Source: a virus
Taxonomy: Duplodnaviria > Heunggongvirae > Uroviricota > Caudoviricetes
IMG/VR virus record: IMGVR_UViG_2531839236_000006
Strand: one strand, 5' to 3'
Length of the DNA: 4,272 nucleotides
Shown here piece by piece: positions 1-4,272 of this stretch; position 1 is the first letter of the stretch, and each line of letters starts with the position of its first letter. The notes beneath the pieces were generated by a model. The model saw only the letters and a list, made by a program, of their open reading frames with translations, made no database searches and had not been told where the DNA came from. The position numbers and the translations under genes were made by a program.

Positions 1-476
1 CTCAGATTGGCGCGATGACTGAACAGCAAATCCGGCAGGTCTGCCGTCAGTGCATGGACCGCTGCCGGGCGGGTGAAACGTGGCCTCCGGACCTGGCTGA
101 GTTTGTGGCGTTGATTTCGGAGAGCGGGGCAAATCCATTTGGCCTGACGGTGGATGCCGTGATGGAGGAGTACCGTCGCTGGAGGAATGAATCCTGGCGG
201 TACGACGGGAGTGATAAATACCCGTGGCCACAGCCGGTGCTGTACCACATTTGCCTCGAGATGCGTGACAGAGGGATTGAGCGGCAGATGACGGAAGGTG
301 AGTTAAAACGACTTGCAGAACGGCAACTGACGAAATGGGCAAAGCAAGTTGGTAACGGGATGAGTATTCCCCCGATCCGGAGACAACTCGCATCGCCGAA
401 GTGCCCGCAAGGGCCAACGCCAATTGAATTACTGAAACAGGAATACGAGCGCCGGAAGGCGGCTGGTTTTGTTTGA
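1..476 (+). CDS. Replication protein P-like (lambda P family), C-terminal part; 5' end lies upstream of the window
   Basis: Reading frame is open from the window edge (no stop in frame between 1 and the ATG at 15) to TGA 474-476. The translation shows motifs that I recall from the C-terminal half of lambda P (FVA..., YPW..., T-x-x-EL-[KR]-R-x-A-x-x-L), recalled from memory and not aligned. The ATG at 15 is probably an internal Met. Confidence 0.7.
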   Translation, partial: QIGAMTEQQIRQVCRQCMDRCRAGETWPPDLAEFVALISESGANPFGLTVDAVMEEYRRWRNESWRYDGSDKYPWPQPVLYHICLEMRDRGIERQMTEGELKRLAERQLTKWAKQVGNGMSIPPIRRQLASPKCPQGPTPIELLKQEYERRKAAGFV

Positions 477-509
477 ATCTGAGAAACGATTTTGTCGGAG
501 GAAATTTTA

Positions 510-1226
510 ATGGAAACCGTATCTGACGCACTGAAAGCACTGAAAAGAGCCTCTTCACATGTGGTGGCAGCTCGCCTTGGAATTAGTCGTGAAGAGGCTG
601 TCAACGAACTGTGGAAACTGAAACGCCGTGGAGAAGCGGATAACAAGGGGGCGATATGGTGGCTGACTCAGGCTGGTGAAAGTGAACCGGTGTCACCGGT
701 ACCGAAAGTGACGGCGCAAATGCTGACAGAGGCGATTGAACAACATGGCCCACAAACGGCGGATGAACTGGCATTGATGTTCGGAATTACCTCCCGCCGG
801 GCGAATTCATCGCTGGCAATGGCAATCAGCAAAGGGTGTCTGATTCGCGTGAATCAGGATGGTAAATTTCGTTACTGCATACCGGGCGTTGATTTACCGG
901 CAGAGCCGAAAGCAGCATCCGTAGCTGAAACGGAGGGTAAAGCCCTTCCTCAGCCAGCTGGTGTTGCGTTACCAGTCCAGGAAACGGCTGCACAGGAAGA
1001 AATTAAAACAGAAGCGGTGGAGGACATTGTGAAGTTGCAGCAATCGTTCACTGAAGCGAAAGCAGATGACCTGATTCTACCATCGCTGCATGTGGCTAAC
1101 CGCGAGCTGCGCCGGGCGAAAAGTAATGTTCAGAAGTGGGAGCGAGTCTGTGCTGCGCTACGGGAACTGAACAAACACAGGGATATTCTCCGGGATATTA
1201 CCGCCACCAGAGAGCAGCAGCGGTGA
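510..1226 (+). CDS. Hypothetical prophage protein, 238 aa: two winged-helix-like segments then a charged, coiled-coil-like C-terminus (possibly DUF1627-like)
   Basis: ATG 510 has GGAGG at 497-501 (8 nt spacing); the track's TTG at 492 lacks an SD. Long ORF in coding-like composition. The N-terminus ([25 protein letters not shown]) and a second segment ([31 protein letters not shown]) look like winged-helix recognition regions. Family name is recalled, not verified. Confidence 0.65.
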   Translation: METVSDALKALKRASSHVVAARLGISREEAVNELWKLKRRGEADNKGAIWWLTQAGESEPVSPVPKVTAQMLTEAIEQHGPQTADELALMFGITSRRANSSLAMAISKGCLIRVNQDGKFRYCIPGVDLPAEPKAASVAETEGKALPQPAGVALPVQETAAQEEIKTEAVEDIVKLQQSFTEAKADDLILPSLHVANRELRRAKSNVQKWERVCAALRELNKHRDILRDITATREQQR

Positions 1227-1540
1227 GTGGCTGGAAGAAGTGGCGCTGGGCTGAAATCCTGATACTCCGGCAGTGTGCGGGAACGATGAGAGTCGAAAGC
1301 ATCGGTTATCTGATTGGCCGTAGTGAGTCAGCCGTCAGGACGAAAGCGCGGGAACTGGGTATCAGCATGATGTTACGGGGTGATTATCACCAGTCAGCCA
1401 AATGTTCACAGCGTGATATTGAGCTGGCGTGGCAACTGCATCAGCGTGGTGTACCCCGACGGGAAATTGCCGAAAAGTTTGGGATGAAGTTGGGCGCAGT
1501 GAATAACTACGTTTATTTCGACAGGAGGGTTCAGGAGTGA
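1223..1540 (+). CDS. Small DNA-binding protein with two tandem HTH-like repeats
   Basis: GTG 1223 overlaps the upstream stop TGA 1224-1226 (GTGA coupling); alternative start ATG 1286. Two copies of a W-x2-[ED]-x3-L...G-x-S/P-x2-IA-x2-[LF]G-x7-V pattern (about 1232-1380 and 1410-1520). Stop TGA 1538-1540. Confidence 0.55.
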   Translation: MSGWKKWRWAEILILRQCAGTMRVESIGYLIGRSESAVRTKARELGISMMLRGDYHQSAKCSQRDIELAWQLHQRGVPRREIAEKFGMKLGAVNNYVYFDRRVQE

Positions 1541-1839
1541 GGGTGAGGGTTTATATCGCCGGTCCGATGACGGGATATGAAAATTTTAACCGCGAGGCAT
1601 TTCACAAAACGGAAGAGGTGCTGAAACGGGAAGGGCATACCGTTTTAAACCCGGCAGTACTTCCGGACGGGCTGACTCAGCCACACTACATGGATATTTG
1701 CATGGCAATGCTCCGTTGCGTGGATGCGGTTTACATGCTGAAAGGCTGGCAGCAGTCGGCAGGTGCAGGGGCTGAGCTGGCACTGGAGGAGAAACCGGGC
1801 CATGCGGTGATTTTTCAGGAGGTGGGCAGTGAATATTGA
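1537..1839 (+). CDS. DUF4406 family protein (nucleoside 2-deoxyribosyltransferase-like fold)
   Basis: GTG 1537 overlaps the upstream stop (GTGA), with AGGAGGG at 1523-1529. The translation RVYIAGPMTG...N...F......L...GH.V.NP......D.V..L.GW..S.GA..E...A...G..V fits the DUF4406 / deoxyribosyltransferase-like signature as I recall it. Confidence 0.8.
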   Translation: MRVRVYIAGPMTGYENFNREAFHKTEEVLKREGHTVLNPAVLPDGLTQPHYMDICMAMLRCVDAVYMLKGWQQSAGAGAELALEEKPGHAVIFQEVGSEY

Positions 1840-2146
1840 CCCGGCGATAACGATTGATATGGCCCTGAACGCCGGCCTGGCACTTCTTGGTTATTTCTAC
1901 ATTATGTTCTGCAGCGGACGATGGCTGTCACTGTTGTTCATGAAAAAATGGAATAAACGCCGTAAGCAGGAGCAACGCCAGAAGGCAATGGATGCATTTT
2001 TCGAAGCCTTCGGAATTGACGGCATGGAACCAGGGGATCCAGCTCGCGCAATCAGCAGAGGGGGTGTAGTAATCCTTGTATATCGGAGTGAAGAGAAAAA
2101 TGACGATCACAAAACAACGTGTAGAAGAAATCATATCCCGCATTGA
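1829..2146 (+). CDS. Small membrane protein: one predicted TM helix followed by a basic stretch
   Basis: GTG 1829 is preceded by a strong SD AGGAGG at 1817-1822 (6 nt spacing) and overlaps the 3' end of the DUF4406 gene by 11 nt. Hydrophobic segment ALNAGLALLGYFYIMFCSGRWLSLLF is followed by KKWNKRRKQEQRQK. The 3' end overlaps the next gene by 47 nt in another frame, so the distal part is less certain. Confidence 0.45.
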   Translation: MNIDPAITIDMALNAGLALLGYFYIMFCSGRWLSLLFMKKWNKRRKQEQRQKAMDAFFEAFGIDGMEPGDPARAISRGGVVILVYRSEEKNDDHKTTCRRNHIPH

Positions 2147-2417
2147 AATGTATGGACATGGTGCAGGGTATATCGCAGACGAGGTTAATGATCTGGCTAT
2201 ACTGGCGCTGAATTTATCAAATATCGCGAACCTGAAGCGATACGAGCTTGATATGGGAGGTTGCGACTCGTGCGGTCAGGATTGTGGCGCTGATATGACT
2301 GAAGATCCTGATGGTGATTATGTCCTGTTTGATGACGTGGTTAAGTTGTTTGAATTTGATACAACCACTCAAAAGTTAGAAATCCCGGCAAAGGAGGCAG
2401 CCAGTGGGCAAGATTGA
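2100..2417 (+). CDS. Hypothetical protein, 105 aa, acidic C-terminal half
   Basis: ATG 2100 with GGAG at 2085-2088; the track's start at 2076 is a TTG without an SD. Stop TGA 2415-2417. No recognisable motif beyond a Cys/Asp-rich stretch (GGCDSCGQDCGAD). Confidence 0.6.
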   Translation: MTITKQRVEEIISRIEMYGHGAGYIADEVNDLAILALNLSNIANLKRYELDMGGCDSCGQDCGADMTEDPDGDYVLFDDVVKLFEFDTTTQKLEIPAKEAASGQD

Positions 2418-2841
2418 CTATCAGGCACTGCGTGAGGCAGCACAAAACTATCAATCGACGCTGGCGTGGTATCAGGCTACCCCGGACAGCCCAAATGCTG
2501 AACGGGATTGTGATGCGGCTCTTGCTGCGTTTAAGCGTCACATCCGTCATCGGGAAGCGGATATTATCGCTGATTTGCTGGATGGACTGGAAGAAGCAAA
2601 ATCACAACTCAACGAGCAGCGTGAGTATTACGAAGGCGTTATCTCTGATGGGAGCAAGCGTATTGCTGAACTGGAAGCGCGGGAAGTTCAATTACCGACT
2701 CGCTACGACCTTCGATATGGACACCCGATAAATGCAGATGAGCGACATGTCATGATACCTAAAGAAAATGGCAGTTGGCTTTACCTGATTGACCTAGAAC
2801 ACGCATTACGCGTCGCTGGCATTCGCATCAAAGGAGAGTGA
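2404..2841 (+). CDS. Hypothetical coiled-coil protein, 145 aa, possibly ead/Ea22-like
   Basis: GTG 2404 with strong SD AAGGAGG at 2391-2397 (6 nt spacing); overlaps the upstream gene by 14 nt. The N-terminus IDYQALREAAQ and a central heptad-like charged region resemble prophage Ea22-like proteins as I remember them; this is unverified. Confidence 0.6.
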   Translation: MGKIDYQALREAAQNYQSTLAWYQATPDSPNAERDCDAALAAFKRHIRHREADIIADLLDGLEEAKSQLNEQREYYEGVISDGSKRIAELEAREVQLPTRYDLRYGHPINADERHVMIPKENGSWLYLIDLEHALRVAGIRIKGE

Positions 2842-2842
2842 G

Positions 2843-3034
2843 ATGAACGGACAAATATCAATTGTTCGACCAGGAGCATGTGACGATCGCGAAATACGAA
2901 TGATTATTCGTCTGGCGATGGGGAAAACAATAACTGCTCTCATTACTCCAGAAAATCTCGCATTAGCATTAACAGGAAAGTCAGACATGCCAGTAGAGCT
3001 AAAGCTGCGAAATGTTGAGATTAAGGTGAAATAG
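2843..3034 (+). CDS. Small hypothetical protein, 63 aa, AT-richer than its neighbours
   Basis: ATG 2843 lies 1 nt after the upstream stop (TGA 2839-2841), with AAGGAGAG at 2831-2838. Stop TAG 3032-3034. GC is about 41% by my hand count versus the low-to-mid 50s elsewhere. Confidence 0.5.
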   Translation: MNGQISIVRPGACDDREIRMIIRLAMGKTITALITPENLALALTGKSDMPVELKLRNVEIKVK

Positions 3035-3036
3035 CT

Positions 3037-3594
3037 ATGACCACTATTACCAAAGATCGACTGCTGACAATCCAGCATTGGCGCGAAACATACGGACCGG
3101 GTAGCAACGTTGTGCTTCCAGCAGAAGAAGCGGAAGAGCTGGCACGGATTGCGCTGGCATCACTGGCAGCAGTATCGGATGAACGAGCAGCCTATGAATT
3201 ATTTATGGAGAAGCGTTTCGGAGAATCTGTAGATCGCCGCAGAGCAAAAAATGGCGATAGAGAATACATGGCATGGGATATGGCGCTTGGCTGGATTATC
3301 TGGTGTCACCGCGCCGCCATGCTTCAGGCTGGAAACTTTCGGGAAAATAAGGGTTCGTCAACCAATAATTTTCGGATAATCTCGGAAACGTCAACCAACT
3401 CTCCGGCAATCCCTGATGAGGTGTTGTCCGCAATCCTGAAGGTCGCCAGGCTTCGTGCAGATTTCGATGCTTCTGAAGTGGACAGGCGAGGTATCGGTAG
3501 TTGTCTGGATGAGGCCGAGCAAGAACTTATCGTTACCATTAACGAATACGCCAGTCAGATCGCAGTAGAAGCGACACAGGGGGAGAACCAATGA
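3037..3594 (+). CDS. Hypothetical protein, 185 aa
   Basis: ATG 3037 lies 2 nt after the upstream stop, with AAGGTGA at 3024-3030. Long ORF in coding-like composition; stop TGA 3592-3594. No motif I can assign. Confidence 0.65.
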   Translation: MTTITKDRLLTIQHWRETYGPGSNVVLPAEEAEELARIALASLAAVSDERAAYELFMEKRFGESVDRRRAKNGDREYMAWDMALGWIIWCHRAAMLQAGNFRENKGSSTNNFRIISETSTNSPAIPDEVLSAILKVARLRADFDASEVDRRGIGSCLDEAEQELIVTINEYASQIAVEATQGENQ

Positions 3595-3668
3595 GCCGGC
3601 CAGATGCATTTGCAGGCGTTGCTATAGCTATTGCTTTTCTAGTATATGTTATTTGTCGGTGGGGGTAA
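3591..3668 (+). CDS. Candidate 25-aa hydrophobic micro-protein (MSRPDAFAGVAIAIAFLVYVICRWG)
   Basis: ATG 3591 overlaps the stop of the upstream gene (ATGA) and is preceded by GGGGGAG at 3578-3584. Single hydrophobic helix-length segment; stop TAA 3666-3668. Absent from the ORF track because of its size. Confidence 0.35.
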   Translation: MSRPDAFAGVAIAIAFLVYVICRWG

Positions 3669-3703
3669 AAACGTTCGCCGGGATTCACACCAAGGGAGGG
3701 AAT

Positions 3704-3808
3704 ATGTCGGATGATATTTCACTGGTAATGGAAGGCGCTCTGGCTGTTATTGCTGTTGTGGGTGTTTACTGCCTGGTTGTGTTTTTGATGGAGCGCCTGG
3801 GGAACTGA
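3704..3808 (+). CDS. Candidate 34-aa single-TM micro-protein (MSDDISLVMEGALAVIAVVGVYCLVVFLMERLGN)
   Basis: ATG 3704 is preceded by AGGGAGGG at 3692-3699. Acidic N-terminus, about 20 hydrophobic residues, charged C-terminus; stop TGA 3806-3808. Confidence 0.4.
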   Translation: MSDDISLVMEGALAVIAVVGVYCLVVFLMERLGN

Positions 3809-3818
3809 ATTCATTCCG

Positions 3819-3834
3819 TATGGGAATTCCCATA
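3819..3834. promoter_or_regulatory. Perfect 16-bp palindrome TATGGGAATTCCCATA, candidate protein-binding site or RNA hairpin
   Basis: The reverse complement is identical to the forward sequence. It sits 11 nt after the stop of the 34-aa ORF and about 15 nt upstream of the putative hok -35 element. Confidence 0.4.
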
Positions 3835-3848
3835 TCGGGCAAAACGGT

Positions 3849-3876
3849 TTGCTGTAAAGCGAGAGTTAAGTAGAAT
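3849..3876 (+). promoter_or_regulatory. Putative sigma70 promoter of the hok mRNA
   Basis: -35 TTGCTG at 3849-3854, 16-nt spacer, -10 TAGAAT at 3871-3876. This places the transcription start at about 3883-3885, directly at the segment that is complementary to the 3' fbi-like element. Confidence 0.5.
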
Positions 3877-3882
3877 TGCTGC

Positions 3883-3930
3883 GGGTGCTTGAGGCTGTCT
3901 GCCTCGGGCATGCCACCGTAAGGCAGACAG
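3883..3930 (+). promoter_or_regulatory. hok mRNA 5' leader: tac-like 5' segment plus a 10-bp stem-loop
   Basis: 3883-3894 GGGTGCTTGAGG is complementary to 4257-4269. Perfect inverted repeat CTGTCTGCCT (3895-3904) / AGGCAGACAG (3921-3930) with a 16-nt loop. No U-tract follows, so it is not an intrinsic terminator. Confidence 0.55.
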
Positions 3931-4003
3931 AGAAAAGCCCCAGTTAACATTACGCGTCCTGCAAGACGCTTAACATTAATCTGAGGCCCAATCTATGCTT
4001 CAC
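3930..4003 (-). ncRNA. sok: Putative Sok-like antisense RNA (antitoxin of the hok locus); ends approximate
   Basis: The minus-strand promoter predicts a start near 4003. The transcript would be antisense to the mok SD (GAGG at 3983-3986) and mok start codon (3995-3997). On the minus strand a compound hairpin (outer stem 3937-3943 / 3981-3987 with one mismatch, inner stem 3954-3958 / 3965-3969) is followed by UUUUCUCU (complement of 3929-3936), which is terminator-like. Confidence 0.5.
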
Positions 4004-4207
4004 AAACGTAGGTTAGCCTCTTACGCGCCGAAAGGCAAGGAGAAGCAGGTTATGAAGCAGCAAAAGGCGATGTTAATCGCCCTGATCGTCATCTGTTTAA
4101 CCGTCATAGTGACGGCACTGGTAACGAGGAAAGACCTCTGCGAGGTACGAATCCGAACCGGCCAGACGGAGGTCGCTGTCTTCACAGCTTACGAACCTGA
4201 GGAGTAA
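3995..4207 (+). CDS. mok: Mok-like reading frame (modulation of killing), 70 codons, in frame with and extending hok
   Basis: ATG 3995 with weak SD GAGG at 3983-3986, running in the same frame through hok to TGA 4205-4207. Same layout as I recall for mokC/hokC in E. coli K-12. Confidence 0.55.
   Translation: MLHKRRLASYAPKGKEKQVMKQQKAMLIALIVICLTVIVTALVTRKDLCEVRIRTGQTEVAVFTAYEPEE
4010..4038 (-). promoter_or_regulatory. Putative sok promoter
   Basis: Read on the minus strand: -35 TTGCCT (complement of 4033-4038), 17-nt spacer, -10 TAACCT (complement of 4010-4015). Located inside the mok reading frame, as in the plasmid R1 hok/sok model. Confidence 0.4.
4052..4207 (+). CDS. hokD: Hok/Gef family type I toxin, 51 aa, HokD (RelF)-type
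   Basis: ATG 4052 with AAGGAG at 4037-4042. The translation MKQQKAMLIALIVICLTVIVTALVTRKDLCEVRIRTGQTEVAVFTAYEPEE has the Hok architecture (N-terminal TM helix, conserved Cys, periplasmic tail). It matches my memory of E. coli K-12 HokD essentially residue for residue and differs at several positions from HokC. Confidence 0.9.
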   Translation: MKQQKAMLIALIVICLTVIVTALVTRKDLCEVRIRTGQTEVAVFTAYEPEE

Positions 4208-4256
4208 GAGACCTGGCGGGGGAGAAATCCCTCGCCACCTCTGATGTGTCAGGCAT

Positions 4257-4272
4257 CCTCAACGCACCCCAC
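4257..4272 (+). promoter_or_regulatory. fbi-like (fold-back inhibition) element at the 3' end of the hok mRNA; may continue past the window
   Basis: 4257-4262 plus 4264-4269 (CCTCAA-c-GCACCC) pair with 3883-3894 (GGGTGCTTGAGG), 12 bp with one bulged C. This 5'-3' pairing is the hallmark of hok mRNAs. Confidence 0.5.

Noticed and set aside
492-509. TTG (492) and TTG (2076) starts proposed by the ORF track
   Set aside because: In both cases an in-frame ATG a few codons downstream (510 and 2100) has a properly spaced Shine-Dalgarno sequence, and the TTG has none.
47-646. 199-aa ORF on the minus strand
   Set aside because: It lies antisense to the P-like gene and the start of the next + strand gene, spans their intergenic gap, and has a low-complexity Ser/Arg/Ala-rich translation typical of an antisense frame in GC-rich coding DNA. 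No SD was assessed as convincing.
685-700. Inverted repeat CCGGTG-T-CACCGG inside the 510-1226 gene
   Set aside because: Short, within coding sequence, with no associated promoter-like elements; most likely coincidental.
1136-1222. Upstream ATG start (1136) for the tandem-HTH gene
   Set aside because: It would overlap the preceding gene by about 90 nt in another frame. The GTG at 1223 (GTGA coupling) or ATG at 1286 are more parsimonious starts.
2414-2731. 105-aa + strand ORF nested in another frame inside the 2404-2841 gene
   Set aside because: Entirely contained in a longer ORF that has a strong SD; its translation is Arg/Leu-rich and low-complexity, and it has no SD of its own.
3895-3930. 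10-bp stem-loop as an intrinsic terminator of the upstream operon
   Set aside because: No U-tract follows it on either strand. It sits just downstream of the predicted hok transcription start and is better explained as 5' leader structure of the hok mRNA.
1586-3950. Minus-strand ORFs at 1586-1783, 1928-2143, 2341-2550, 2806-3078, 3324-3539, 3391-3609 and 3747-3950
   Set aside because: All lie antisense to better-supported + strand genes or to the hok leader, are short and lack convincing ribosome-binding sites. The consistent + strand coupling pattern argues for a single transcribed strand.
4215-4236. Hairpin GGCGGGGG/CCCTCGCC after the hok stop as a rho-independent terminator
   Set aside because: It is not followed by a U-run. 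In hok loci the 3' region is structured RNA (fbi) that continues downstream, and the window ends before this can be resolved.
1-4272. CRISPR arrays, tRNA/rRNA genes, IS elements, attachment sites
   Set aside because: No regularly spaced direct repeats, no tRNA-like cloverleaf candidates, no terminal inverted repeats or transposase-like ORF, and no integrase in this window.

Overview
The window reads as one + strand block of lambdoid-prophage accessory DNA from an Enterobacteriaceae (E. coli-like) genome. It begins inside a lambda P-like replication gene, whose 3' end occupies 1-476. A tightly packed, largely translationally coupled chain of small genes follows (about 510-3668), with start/stop overlaps of GTGA/ATGA type or 11-47 nt. 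These encode a tandem winged-helix protein, a tandem-HTH protein, a DUF4406 (nucleoside 2-deoxyribosyltransferase-like) protein, small membrane proteins, a coiled-coil protein and several proteins I cannot place. The window ends with an apparently complete hok/sok-type type I toxin-antitoxin locus (about 3849-4272), the most confidently identified element. The most likely place for an undescribed system is the uncharacterised coupled gene chain plus the two tiny hydrophobic ORFs just upstream of hok, but I cannot assign a function from sequence alone. No rRNA, tRNA, CRISPR array, transposase or integrase was seen. All family assignments are from reading the translations and from memory, with no database search.
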